Assembly (NCBI GenBank): GCA_934101685.1
Contig: CAKORZ010000002.1
Span: 1 to 48,361 of the forward strand
Length of the DNA: 48,361 bases
Direction of reading: 5' to 3'
Source of the DNA: an uncultured Bacilli bacterium
GTDB taxonomy: Bacteria > Bacillota_I > Bacilli_A > RFN20 > DUOF01
Below, in pieces: positions 29,985-39,797 of this stretch (position 1 is the first letter of the stretch; every line of letters starts with the position of its first letter). The notes under the pieces are model-generated. The model saw only the letters and a program-made list of their open reading frames with translations. It was not told the DNA's origin and searched no databases. The position numbers and the translations under genes were made by a program.

Positions 29985-30119
29985 TTAAGCAGATAGGACT
30001 TCTCTTCCCTTGCTTCTTCTTCTAGCAAGTACTTTACGACCATTCTTTGTTGACATTCTTGCTCTGAATCCATGAACTTTAGAATGTTTTCTTTTACTTG
30101 GTTGATATGTTCTTTTCAT
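29985..30119 (-). CDS. rpmH: 50S ribosomal protein L34
   Basis: Not in the ORF track because it is under 60 aa. My translation: [54 protein letters not shown] upstream. Confidence 0.95.
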   Translation of the reverse strand: MKRTYQPSKRKHSKVHGFRARMSTKNGRKVLARRRSKGREVLSA

Positions 30120-30511
30120 TGTTACACCCCCATTAGATAATACACATAGCGATAAAATTATAAGTTTTTTTACTATCTAAGTCAATTATTTTATATTAGT
30201 ATTTGTAAACAATTTTTGTTGATAATTTTATTTTTTATGTTTATAAATTTGATTTTTTCTTAGAGATACAATGAAAATTTAATGTTTATAATTTTTCAAA
30301 TTGTTAAAAACTATTAACTTTTTTGTCAACTGTTTATAACTTTTAACTTATTAACAAAAAAATAAACAAATAAAGATGTTGAAAATGTGTATTTTATTTA
30401 CAAATTGTAGGTATAATAATTGTGGATAACTTTGTGGAAAGATAAATTTGTGATTTTTTTTCCACAATATGTGTTATATTTGATTTGGTTGTATAGGGGA
30501 GAGAATATATT
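30120..30511. other. oriC part 1: DnaA-box cluster upstream of dnaA (also the dnaA promoter region)
   Basis: Perfect box TGTGGATAA at 30421-30429. Near-boxes: TGTGGAAAG 30433-30441, TTTTCCACA 30458-30466, TGTTGATAA 30217-30225, and TGTTTATAA three times at 30238, 30283 and 30331. Located between rpmH and dnaA. Confidence 0.8.
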
Positions 30512-31870
30512 ATGAATTTTTCTAAATTAAATAGTATTTGGGAAGAAGTACTATCATCTTTGAAAAATAAATTACAAGATAATAATATCTACAATACTTT
30601 TTTTCAAGATTCAAAACTTTATGAAATTAAAGATGATACTGCTTATATCAGTGTCAAAACTAAGTTTGCTAAGCAATTATTAGAGTCTAGATATTCAACA
30701 ATTATAGAGATGACTTTAGAAGAAGTATGCAAAACTCATTACAATTGTGTAATTACATTAGAAAATATTAATGATCCTTTTGAAGTAAAAACAGAAACTA
30801 GAGTTGAAGATAAAGAAGGATTTGTATCTAATTTAAATAGTAATTATACTTTTGAAAATTTTGTTGTTGGGCCATCTAACCAAGAAGCTCAAAGTGCTGC
30901 ACTAACTGCGGCATTAGAACCAGGTAAATTTTATAATCCATTATTTATATATGGTAAAAGTGGTATTGGTAAGACACATTTATTGCATGCTATAGGTAAT
31001 TATATTAGATATAAATCAGGTCAAGAAACTAAAGTATATTATATTTCTAGTGCTGATTTTCTTGATGATTATGTTAATGCAATAAGAGAAAATACGATTA
31101 ATGAATTAAAAGAAAGTTTTAAAAAAATGGATGTTTTATTAATTGATGATATTCAATTTTTATCAGGAAAAGATAAAACTAATGAAATGTTTTTCCATAT
31201 TTTCAATCATTTAATTAATAATAGAAAACAAATTGTTATAACTAGTGATAGATCACCTAATGAGTTAAAGGGACTAGAAGAGAGATTAGTTAGTAGATTT
31301 GCTAGTGGATTAAGCGTTTGTATTCAAAATCCTGAATATGAAACTTCCTTAGAGATTCTAAAGAAAAAAGTAGAAAATCAAAATATTAGTTCTAAAGTTA
31401 TAAAAGAAGATGTATTAAGTTATATTGCTTTAAAATATTCTAAAGATATTAGACAATTGGAAGGTGCTTTAAATAGATTAGTGTTCTATGCAGAATCATT
31501 TAAAAAACAAACTAAAGTTATTGATCTTGATTTAGCACAAGAAGCTTTAAAAGGATTAGTAGTTAATCAAAATAATAATAGTAATGCTTTAACTATAGAT
31601 AAAATAAAGATGGCTGTAGCAGATTACTATAAAATTTCTACGTCACAACTATCTGCAAGTATTAGAGTTAGTAATATTTCTAATGCTAGACATATTGCAA
31701 TGTATTTATGTAGAAGTTTATTAGATGTTCCTTTTATTAAAATTGGAGAAGAATTTGGTGGTAGAGATCACTCAACTGTTATAAATGCGTGTGAAAAGGT
31801 TGAAAAATTGTTAAAAACTGATGCTAATTTTAAACAGGCAATTGATGATATAAAAATCTTATTAAAATAG
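30512..31870 (+). CDS. dnaA: Chromosomal replication initiator protein DnaA
   Basis: 452 aa. GKSGIGKTHLLHAIGN, LLIDDIQFL and the C-terminal DNA-binding helix (EFGGRDHSTVINA). Confidence 0.97.
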   Translation: MNFSKLNSIWEEVLSSLKNKLQDNNIYNTFFQDSKLYEIKDDTAYISVKTKFAKQLLESRYSTIIEMTLEEVCKTHYNCVITLENINDPFEVKTETRVEDKEGFVSNLNSNYTFENFVVGPSNQEAQSAALTAALEPGKFYNPLFIYGKSGIGKTHLLHAIGNYIRYKSGQETKVYYISSADFLDDYVNAIRENTINELKESFKKMDVLLIDDIQFLSGKDKTNEMFFHIFNHLINNRKQIVITSDRSPNELKGLEERLVSRFASGLSVCIQNPEYETSLEILKKKVENQNISSKVIKEDVLSYIALKYSKDIRQLEGALNRLVFYAESFKKQTKVIDLDLAQEALKGLVVNQNNNSNALTIDKIKMAVADYYKISTSQLSASIRVSNISNARHIAMYLCRSLLDVPFIKIGEEFGGRDHSTVINACEKVEKLLKTDANFKQAIDDIKILLK

Positions 31871-32007
31871 GCAAAAATAAAGACTTTTTATATAATAAAA
31901 GAAAGAAATATGTTATAATAATTAAGGATTAAAAAGTGAGTTTTCCACACAATCCACACATATTATAAAAATAAAAATATATAAATAAAAAAAGGAGAAA
32001 TAAAAGA
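31871..32007. other. oriC part 2: DnaA boxes plus an AT-rich candidate unwinding element between dnaA and dnaN
   Basis: TTTTCCACA at 31941-31949 and CAATCCACA at 31950-31958, directly followed by tattataaaaataaaaatatataaataaaaaaa. Confidence 0.6.
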
Positions 32008-33132
32008 ATGAGATTTATAATTGCAAGAAACAAACTTATGAGTGCTTTGAATATTGTTTCAAAAGCCGTTACTAGTAGAACTCCTATTGCTGTACTAACT
32101 GGTATTAAATTTGAATTAAATGAAGAAGGATTAACTTTAATTGGTAGTGATACAGATTTATCAATATCTACATTTATTAAAGCAGAAGAGAACAATGATA
32201 AAATTATTACTATCTTTGAAACAGGTAGCTGTGTATTAAATGCTAAATACATTACTGAAATAATTAGAAAGTTAGATGGAGAAAGAGTTGAGATAGAATT
32301 AGTGGATGGAAACTTAGTTAAAATTATTGATCAAAAATCTAACTTTAGTTTAAATAGCATTAATGTAAATGAATTTCCATTTATTGATTTTAACTTTGAT
32401 AGTAATGTTATTAAATTAAAAGGAGATTTATTAAAGCAAGTAATAGCTCAAACTAAATTTGCTACTAGTCAAAAAGAAACTAGACCTATATTAACAGGTG
32501 TTAACTTTAAGGTTGATGGTAATGTACTTGAAGCAGTTGCTACAGATACATATAGATTAGCTAAAAAGAAAATTGTAATTGGTGATACTGCTTATTTCAA
32601 TGTAACTATTCCTGCTAGAAACTTAGATGAAATATCTAAAATAGTTGAAGGTGGAGAAGAAATAATTATTAACTTCTTTGATAAGAAGGTTATGTTTAAA
32701 ATTAATGATACAATTATTTCAACAAGAGTAATAAGTGGTGTTTATCCAGATACGTCAAAATTAATACCAGATTCATTTGAAAATAAATTGAATACATTAA
32801 CTAATGAATTCTTAGCTGCTATTGATAGAGCAAGTTTATTATCAAGTGATAGAAATAATATTGTTAAGTTAAGTTTAAATACAGATAAAGTAGAGATTTC
32901 TTCTAGAAGTCAAGAAATAGGATCTGTTGTGGAAAAAATATCAAATTATGAATATGAAGGTAATAAATTAGATATTTCATTTAGTGCTCAATATATTACA
33001 GAAGCAATAAAAGCTATTGGTAGTAATGACGTTGAATTATGTTTAAATGGTGAAATGAAACCATTTATAGTTAAAAATAAAGAAGACGATTCAGTACTTC
33101 AATTAGTATTACCAGTTAGAACTTACCAATAA
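32008..33132 (+). CDS. dnaN: DNA polymerase III beta sliding clamp
   Basis: 374 aa. Position after dnaA. RPILTGVNF and ATDTYRLA motifs. Confidence 0.96.
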   Translation: MRFIIARNKLMSALNIVSKAVTSRTPIAVLTGIKFELNEEGLTLIGSDTDLSISTFIKAEENNDKIITIFETGSCVLNAKYITEIIRKLDGERVEIELVDGNLVKIIDQKSNFSLNSINVNEFPFIDFNFDSNVIKLKGDLLKQVIAQTKFATSQKETRPILTGVNFKVDGNVLEAVATDTYRLAKKKIVIGDTAYFNVTIPARNLDEISKIVEGGEEIIINFFDKKVMFKINDTIISTRVISGVYPDTSKLIPDSFENKLNTLTNEFLAAIDRASLLSSDRNNIVKLSLNTDKVEISSRSQEIGSVVEKISNYEYEGNKLDISFSAQYITEAIKAIGSNDVELCLNGEMKPFIVKNKEDDSVLQLVLPVRTYQ

Positions 33133-33189
33133 AATAAATGTTTACAAAAAGTAAAAAAAATGAAATAATTGTATTAAGAGGTGTTTCTT

Positions 33190-33927
33190 ATGAATAAAAT
33201 ATTAAAAAAGATTTCTGCTTGTTTAGTAGCTATTGTATGTGTCTTAGGTTGTTTTGGTTGTTCTTGTGAGAGACAACTAAGTGTAAAATACAGTGCTAAG
33301 GTAGAAAGAGAAAATTCTTTTGAAAATTTTTCTGATCAATTATTAGTAGGAGCTTTAGTTGAAAAGAAATTTAGAGAGCCTGCAAATACACCTTGTTATG
33401 AAAAGGTAGATGGCGAAATGGTTCTTGTAAAAGATGCTAATGTTCGTACTTGTTATGACGAGACAGGAAAAAATAAATTTGAAAGAGCAACAATTGGATA
33501 TGTTGAAAAAGTAGAGTTAGAAAGAAATGTTATGATTAGTACTGTGAATGGTAAGGATCAAAGATCATTTACTTCAAAGGGTACAAAAACTAGTGAGAAA
33601 TATAGCTTAATATATACTATTGAAATTAGAAATAATGAAAGTTCAAAGTCTATATATATTAAGAAAGATAAACTAACAATTGAAAGCATATTTGGCGACC
33701 AATTGAAACAAGAAGCTATTGATAATGGAAAAGTTTCTATGTATATTGAAAATCAAAGTTCTGTTACTGAAGAAGACGGTTATTATAATTTAAAAAGTAC
33801 ACATAGTTTAACATATAACAATTCATATATTGTGTTAGTAATTACAGTAAAAAATGTAACAAATAAAGATTTAAAAGATAGTAGAAATAAAACTTTGAAT
33901 TTAAATTTAGATGTAATTGTAAAATAG
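33190..33927 (+). CDS. Hypothetical lipoprotein
   Basis: ATG at 33190 follows AAGAGGTG. Signal peptide plus lipobox (CVLGCFGCSC). No recognisable domain. Confidence 0.75.
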   Translation: MNKILKKISACLVAIVCVLGCFGCSCERQLSVKYSAKVERENSFENFSDQLLVGALVEKKFREPANTPCYEKVDGEMVLVKDANVRTCYDETGKNKFERATIGYVEKVELERNVMISTVNGKDQRSFTSKGTKTSEKYSLIYTIEIRNNESSKSIYIKKDKLTIESIFGDQLKQEAIDNGKVSMYIENQSSVTEEDGYYNLKSTHSLTYNNSYIVLVITVKNVTNKDLKDSRNKTLNLNLDVIVK

Positions 33928-33936
33928 TTAAATAAG

Positions 33937-33968
33937 TCCTATAAAACTAAAATTTTATAGGATTTTTT
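33937..33968 (+). terminator. Intrinsic terminator after the lipoprotein gene
   Basis: 10-bp stem tcctataaaa (33937-33946) / ttttatagga (33953-33962), followed by TTTTTT. Confidence 0.7.
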
Positions 33969-33981
33969 ATTTAATCTAATA

Positions 33982-34010
33982 TTTACAAATATTAAATAAT
34001 AAGTTATAAT
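33982..34010 (+). promoter_or_regulatory. Candidate promoter of the rpsF-ssb-rpsR operon
   Basis: TTTACA (33982-33987), 17-nt spacer, TATAAT (34005-34010). An 80-nt leader precedes rpsF. Confidence 0.5.
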
Positions 34011-34090
34011 AGCAAGGCGTGTAGTGAAGGACATGCATCTTCTCTGCTAGTTAGAAGCTAGCTGAATTTAGACCAAAGGGGGGTAATTAA

Positions 34091-34378
34091 ATGAGAAAGT
34101 ATGAAATTATGTACATTCTTAACTCAAATCTAGATGAAACTACTAGAAAGGGCGTAATTGAAAATTTAAATAAAATTTTAACTGACAATGGCGCTAAAAT
34201 TAGTGATGTTAATGAATGGGGTAACAGAGAATTAGCTTATGAAATCAAAAAGCAAAATAGAGGTTACTATGTTGTTACAACTTTAACTAGTAATGATGCT
34301 AAAGCTGTAAGTGAATTTGATCGTTTATCAAAAATTAATGCTAATGTTCTACGTCATATGATAGTAAACTTAGACTAA
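34091..34378 (+). CDS. rpsF: 30S ribosomal protein S6
   Basis: 95 aa. MRKYEIMYIL start, WGNRELAYEI motif. Confidence 0.96.
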   Translation: MRKYEIMYILNSNLDETTRKGVIENLNKILTDNGAKISDVNEWGNRELAYEIKKQNRGYYVVTTLTSNDAKAVSEFDRLSKINANVLRHMIVNLD

Positions 34379-34396
34379 TAAATAGGAGATATTAAT

Positions 34397-34852
34397 ATGT
34401 TAAATAAAGTTATCTTAATTGGAAGAACAACACGTGATGTTGATTTTCGTAGAACAAGTAGTGGTACACCAGTAGCAACCTTCACATTAGCTTTGGATAA
34501 TAGATATGTACTTAAAGATGGAAAACCAACAACTGATTTTATAAATTGTGTAGCATGGAATAAAACTGCTGAAACAATGGAGAAATATGTAAAAAAAGGT
34601 GCTTTGATTGCTGTTGAAGGTAGAATTCAAACTAGAAATTATGAGAATAAAGATGGCAATAAAGTTTATGTTACAGAAGTTGTTTGCGAAAATATGAGAA
34701 TGTTAGATACTAGAAATTCTAGTAATAACGCAACATACTTGGAAGATTATGAACCAAGTAATAATGGTTATCAAAAAGATGAAGATAACACAGAAAATGT
34801 TACAAATAATAATGTAGAATTTAACATTTCTGAAGATGATTTACCATTCTAA
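34397..34852 (+). CDS. ssb: Single-stranded DNA-binding protein
   Basis: 151 aa. OB-fold N-terminus ([14 protein letters not shown]). Acidic C-terminal tip DDLPF. Confidence 0.96.
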   Translation: MLNKVILIGRTTRDVDFRRTSSGTPVATFTLALDNRYVLKDGKPTTDFINCVAWNKTAETMEKYVKKGALIAVEGRIQTRNYENKDGNKVYVTEVVCENMRMLDTRNSSNNATYLEDYEPSNNGYQKDEDNTENVTNNNVEFNISEDDLPF

Positions 34853-34869
34853 GAAAGGAGAAAATAATA

Positions 34870-35097
34870 ATGGCTTTTAAAAAACAAAAAACTAGAAAGA
34901 AAGTTTGTTTCTTTACTAAAAATAAAATTACTTACATTGATTATAAAGATGTAGAATTATTAAAGAGATTCGTTAGTGCTAACGGTAAAATTATTCCTCG
35001 TCGTGTTACAGGAACAAGTGCTAAATATCAAAGAATGTTAGCAGTAGCAATTAAAAGAGCAAGAGAAATGGCTTTATTACCATTTGTAGCTGAGTAA
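34870..35097 (+). CDS. rpsR: 30S ribosomal protein S18
   Basis: 75 aa. [14 protein letters not shown] and [10 protein letters not shown] motifs. Confidence 0.96.
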   Translation: MAFKKQKTRKKVCFFTKNKITYIDYKDVELLKRFVSANGKIIPRRVTGTSAKYQRMLAVAIKRAREMALLPFVAE

Positions 35098-35124
35098 GAT
35101 TAGTAGAAATACTAATCTTTTTTA
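35098..35124 (+). terminator. Intrinsic terminator after rpsR
   Basis: Stem gattagta (35098-35105) / tactaatc (35110-35117) with loop gaaa, followed by TTTTTT. Confidence 0.7.
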
Positions 35125-35187
35125 TTATATTTATTAAAAATATAATTAAAAAAATGTATAATATTAATGGTAATGTGGGGGAGAGTA

Positions 35188-37179
35188 ATGAAAAATATTT
35201 TTTATAAAGAAAAAAATAGAGTAATTGCATTAATCATAATACAGTTTACATTAAGTGTACTATCTTTATTAAATTATTCATTTGGCAAACCATTAATAAA
35301 TATAGATAAAGAAATTTTATATACTGCTTTAGTTGTTTTTGTAATACTATCTAATGTTATTTATTTTTTATCTTTTTATAATAAGATAGATAAGAAAAAT
35401 TCTATAAATAACATTAAAGTCAATTCTTTGATCTTAAATAATTTGAAAGAGATTGATACTTTTGGAGAAATTGGTGTTTTATTCTATGATGAATCGTTTG
35501 AAGTTATTTGGGTTAATGATTTTTTAGATAGTAGAATGATTAATATTGTTGGTAAAAATTTAATTAAATATAACAATGATTTTCATCTTATTGCAGAAGA
35601 TAAAAATGAAACAGCAAAAATAACTATTAATAACAGAATTTATGAATGTAAATGTTTAAAAGAATTAAAAATGGTTATTTTAAGAGATGTTAATCAATAT
35701 GAGAATTTACTAGAAACATATAATAATGAAGCACCTGTTATTTTAAATATAACAATTGATAATTATTCAGATGTATTAGCATTACTAGATGATACTAAAA
35801 CTAGTGAATTAGAGTCTAGAGTAAGAACTACTATTAATGAATGGTCTGTTAATAAAAGAATATATTTGAAGAAAATTAGAAATGATGCATATATAGCTAT
35901 TATGCAAGAGAATACTTACGAATCTATTTTAAAGGAAAAATTTTCTTTAATAGAAGATGTAAAGAAAATATATGAAGAAGATAATAACTTTACTATTTCT
36001 ATTGGTGTAGGTAGAGGAATAAATGATTATATTAAACTATCTGAATTAGCATCAAGTGCAGTAGATGTTGCTTTATCTCGTGGAGGAGACCAGTGCGTAG
36101 TAAATACATATGGTAAAAATATGGAGTTCTATGGTGGTGGTAGTGAATCTAAGAGTAAGAGACATAAAGTTAAAGTAAAAGTTGTTTCTAAATCATTAAC
36201 AGCTTTAATACAAGCTTCTGATGCAGTTTATATTATGGGACATATTCAATCAGATTTTGATTCTATTGGAGCATGTCTTGGTATGTATTCTATAACTAAG
36301 CAAATGAATAAAAAGGTAAAAATAGTATATGATGATAAATTAGTTGAAATAAAGGCTAGATCTGCGTTTAGACAATCTTTTGAAAAAGAAGAAATAGATG
36401 AAATGATTATTAAGCCTAATAAAGCTGTAGAAGAAATGACAGAAAACAGTTTACTATTATTAGTAGATGTTTCTAATCCAGATATTACAATGAGTCAAAA
36501 GGTTGTAGATGCAGCAGAAAAAATAGCTATTATAGATCACCATAGACCTGGTGATAAACTATTATCACAAATTTTTGCTTATCAAGAAAGTGCAGCATCA
36601 TCTGCATGTGAAATGGTTAGTGAAATAATTAGATATTCAGAAAATAAAATTAGAATAACTCCTGAAGTAGCAACTTATATGTTAACAGGAATATTACTAG
36701 ATACTAATAACTATAAAAATAGAACAGGTTCTAGAACTTATGAAGCATCAATGATTTTAAAAGAATATGGTGCAGATAATGTACAAGCAACTGAATTTTT
36801 GAAAGATGAATATGAAGAATATCAATTAAAAGTAAAAATATTAGCAAACTCAGAAACACCTTATTATGGAGTTGTAGTATGTATGGCTAGTGATGATGAT
36901 ATTGTGGATAGATCAATGCTTGCTAAAGTAGGTCAAGAAGTATTAGATGTTAAAGAAATTAAAGCTTGCTTTGTAATAGGTAAAATAGAAGATAATAAAG
37001 TAGGTATAAGTGCTAGAAGTGATGGAACTATTAATGTTCAAAAGATAATGGAAAGTATGAATGGTGGAGGACACTTTAGTAGTGCTGCTACTCAAATAGA
37101 AAATTCTTCCATTGAAGAAGTTAAAAAGATGCTATATTCTAAGTTAGAAAGTTTTGTTGGAGATACTAGAATAGAATAG
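35188..37179 (+). CDS. gdpP: Cyclic-di-AMP phosphodiesterase GdpP (TM, PAS-like, degenerate GGDEF, DHH/DHHA1)
   Basis: ATG at 35188 follows GGGGGAG. Two N-terminal hydrophobic helices. DHH-family motifs IMGHIQSDFDSIG and IIDHHRPG. DHHA1 motif GGGH. Confidence 0.9.
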   Translation: MKNIFYKEKNRVIALIIIQFTLSVLSLLNYSFGKPLINIDKEILYTALVVFVILSNVIYFLSFYNKIDKKNSINNIKVNSLILNNLKEIDTFGEIGVLFYDESFEVIWVNDFLDSRMINIVGKNLIKYNNDFHLIAEDKNETAKITINNRIYECKCLKELKMVILRDVNQYENLLETYNNEAPVILNITIDNYSDVLALLDDTKTSELESRVRTTINEWSVNKRIYLKKIRNDAYIAIMQENTYESILKEKFSLIEDVKKIYEEDNNFTISIGVGRGINDYIKLSELASSAVDVALSRGGDQCVVNTYGKNMEFYGGGSESKSKRHKVKVKVVSKSLTALIQASDAVYIMGHIQSDFDSIGACLGMYSITKQMNKKVKIVYDDKLVEIKARSAFRQSFEKEEIDEMIIKPNKAVEEMTENSLLLLVDVSNPDITMSQKVVDAAEKIAIIDHHRPGDKLLSQIFAYQESAASSACEMVSEIIRYSENKIRITPEVATYMLTGILLDTNNYKNRTGSRTYEASMILKEYGADNVQATEFLKDEYEEYQLKVKILANSETPYYGVVVCMASDDDIVDRSMLAKVGQEVLDVKEIKACFVIGKIEDNKVGISARSDGTINVQKIMESMNGGGHFSSAATQIENSSIEEVKKMLYSKLESFVGDTRIE

Positions 37180-37190
37180 GGGGTATAAAA

Positions 37191-37637
37191 ATGAAAGTTA
37201 TTCTATTAGAAGATGTAAAGAAAGTTGGTAAGAAAGGTAGTATAGTAGATGTTAGTGATGGATATGGAGCTAATTTCTTGATTCCAAGAAAACTAGCAGT
37301 GCTTGCTACAAAAACAAGTTTAGAAATTAAAAAGACTCAAGATGATAATAAAGCAAAAGAAGAAGAAATAAAAAAAGAAAAAGCTATAGAATTAAAAGAT
37401 AAGATAAAAGATTTAGTTGTAGAATTAAAGGCTGGAACAGGAAAAGAAGGAAAGTTATTTGGAGCTGTTTCTTCTAAAGAAATAGTAGATGAATATAAAA
37501 AACAATTTGATATTGAATTAGATAAGAGAAAATTTATTAACTATAATCCAATTACAGCACTTGGTTATACTAAAGTTGAAGTTGAATTATATAAAGATGT
37601 TATAGGAGTTATTACAGTACACGTTAGTGAAAAATAA
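37191..37637 (+). CDS. rplI: 50S ribosomal protein L9
   Basis: 148 aa. MKVILLEDVKKVGKKGSIVDVSDGYGANFLIP. Confidence 0.96.
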   Translation: MKVILLEDVKKVGKKGSIVDVSDGYGANFLIPRKLAVLATKTSLEIKKTQDDNKAKEEEIKKEKAIELKDKIKDLVVELKAGTGKEGKLFGAVSSKEIVDEYKKQFDIELDKRKFINYNPITALGYTKVEVELYKDVIGVITVHVSEK

Positions 37638-37656
37638 GTTTAGGAGTTGATGTTTT

Positions 37657-39030
37657 GTGAAAAATTTGCCATATTCATTAGAAGCAGAAAAAGCAGTACT
37701 AGGAGCAATGCTTGTATCTAGAGATGCTTTATTAAATAGTGTTGTTAGATTAACAGAAGAAGATTTTTATGTGCAAGATCATAAACTTATTTTTGATACA
37801 ATTAGAAGTGTTTATAATAAGGGTGTAGATGTAGATATTGTTACTGTAGTAGAGCAATTTACTTTAAATAACACATTTGATGAATTAAGTGATAAAGAAT
37901 TAATTTATGATTTAGTTGAAAATGTTGTTTCACCATCTAATATTGAAGAATATATTAGAATTATTCAAGATAAAACAACTTTAAGAAAATTAGTTAGTTT
38001 GGCAAATGATGTTTCTAAAAAATGGGAAACAGAAGAAATTAATGATATTAGTGAATATGTAGCAAATGTTGAATCAGATACTTTAGCTATTACTAGAGCG
38101 AGAAATGTAGGAGAATTTAAAACTACTAAAGAAGTAATAGATGTTTTAAAAGAAAAATTATTTAATACTAGTAAAGCTAGCGGTAATTTAACTGGCGTTA
38201 CTAGTGGATTTACAGATATAGATAATATAACACATGGGTTTCAAAGCGGAGACTTAGTAATACTTGCTGCTAGACCATCAATGGGTAAAACAGCTTTAGC
38301 ACTTAATTTTTTAGTTAACGCTGCAATAAAACAAAATGTTACAGTTGCTATGTTTTCTGTAGAAATGCCAGCAGAGCAATTAATGCAAAGAATGCTTAGT
38401 TCTTTATCTGGTGTTAATGGAGATAAGATAAGAGGCTTAAATTTAAATGATAAAGATTGGACTAAGATAGATGTTGCGGCAAATCAACTTAGTAAGGCTA
38501 AAATATATGTTGATGATACATCAAGTATTAAATTAGGTGATTTAGTTGTTAAAGCAAGAAAATTGAAGTCTTTACATGATGATTTGTCTTTGATAGTAGT
38601 AGATTATTTGCAAATTGTTAAAGGATCAGATAGAGCTAGAAAAGAAGGTAGACAACAAGAGGTTACTGAGATATCTAGAACATTAAAAGAATTAGCGAGA
38701 GAATTAAAAGTACCAGTTATTGCTTTATCACAATTATCACGTGATTCTGAAAAGAGAGATAATAAAAGACCAATGCTTTCAGATTTAAGAGAATCTGGAG
38801 CAATTGAGCAAGATGCTGACTTAGTTATGTTCATTTATCGTGAAGATTATTTTGATAATCAAAAAGGCGCTAAAAAGGAAGAAGAAAAGAAAGAGGCTAA
38901 TCAGGGTGGTAGTGGTATAGCAGAAGTATCTATTTCTAAACATAGAAATGGTGCGACTGGAGTAGTACAACTAGTATTCTTAAAAGAATATGGTTTGTTC
39001 TCTAATTATTCAAAAGCAGAGGAAGAGTAG
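37657..39030 (+). CDS. dnaB: Replicative DNA helicase (DnaB family; DnaC in B. subtilis nomenclature)
   Basis: 457 aa. GTG start after AGGAG. LPYSLEAEKAVLG, ARPSMGKTA and IVVDYLQ motifs. Confidence 0.95.
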   Translation: MKNLPYSLEAEKAVLGAMLVSRDALLNSVVRLTEEDFYVQDHKLIFDTIRSVYNKGVDVDIVTVVEQFTLNNTFDELSDKELIYDLVENVVSPSNIEEYIRIIQDKTTLRKLVSLANDVSKKWETEEINDISEYVANVESDTLAITRARNVGEFKTTKEVIDVLKEKLFNTSKASGNLTGVTSGFTDIDNITHGFQSGDLVILAARPSMGKTALALNFLVNAAIKQNVTVAMFSVEMPAEQLMQRMLSSLSGVNGDKIRGLNLNDKDWTKIDVAANQLSKAKIYVDDTSSIKLGDLVVKARKLKSLHDDLSLIVVDYLQIVKGSDRARKEGRQQEVTEISRTLKELARELKVPVIALSQLSRDSEKRDNKRPMLSDLRESGAIEQDADLVMFIYREDYFDNQKGAKKEEEKKEANQGGSGIAEVSISKHRNGATGVVQLVFLKEYGLFSNYSKAEEE

Positions 39031-39032
39031 AA

Positions 39033-39797
39033 ATGAAGTTTATTATATTAGCAAGTGGATCAAAAGGGAATTCTACATTAGTTATAAATAATAAAAATGA
39101 TGTTTTATTAGTTGATGTAGGTATACCTTATAAAGAAATAAGTGAAAAAATTAGTAGATATGGATATGATATAAATAATATTAAGCATGTTTTAATTACA
39201 CATGAACATGATGATCATATTAAATCTATTAATTCTTTTTCTAATGCTAAAAAATATTCTTTAAAAGAAATTAAAGTTGCTACTGAATATTTAGAAAAAT
39301 ATAAGGAAGTAGAAATAAATGGTTTTTATGTAACGGCAATTCCTTTATCTCATGATGTTAAATGTTGTGGATATGTTATTAGAGATGAAAATGAAAGTTT
39401 AGTGTATATAACAGATACTGGTTATATTAATTACAAAAATATTAGTTATATTAGTAATGCTGATTATTATATTTTTGAGAGTAATCATAATGTTCCTATG
39501 CTTATGGAAACTAAAAGGCCATTTTTTATTAAAAGTAGAATTTTAGGTGATGAAGGCCATTTAAGTAATGAAGTAGCTAGTGAAACATTATGCGATATAA
39601 TAGGTAATAAAACAAAGCAAATATATTTAGCACATTTGTCTAGAGAAGCAAATACTAAAGAATTAGCACTTAAAACTTTTTATGATACAGCTAAAGAAAA
39701 AAATATTGATATAAGTAATATTTTTGTTAATGCAGCAGATCAAAATATAGAACTAATTGGTGGGAATAACTATGAAAAAGTTCTTGTTAATAATTAG
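39033..39797 (+). CDS. MBL-fold metallo-hydrolase (YycJ/WalJ-like)
   Basis: 254 aa. ITHEHDDH motif. Its position before an HtrA-type protease matches yycJ-yycK in B. subtilis. Confidence 0.85.
   Translation: MKFIILASGSKGNSTLVINNKNDVLLVDVGIPYKEISEKISRYGYDINNIKHVLITHEHDDHIKSINSFSNAKKYSLKEIKVATEYLEKYKEVEINGFYVTAIPLSHDVKCCGYVIRDENESLVYITDTGYINYKNISYISNADYYIFESNHNVPMLMETKRPFFIKSRILGDEGHLSNEVASETLCDIIGNKTKQIYLAHLSREANTKELALKTFYDTAKEKNIDISNIFVNAADQNIELIGGNNYEKVLVNN

Noticed and set aside
31929-32252. 107-aa minus-strand ORF spanning the dnaA-dnaN spacer and the start of dnaN
   Set aside because: It overlaps the unmistakable dnaN and the DnaA-box/AT-rich region. Its sequence is a hydrophobic, low-complexity translation of AT-rich antisense DNA.
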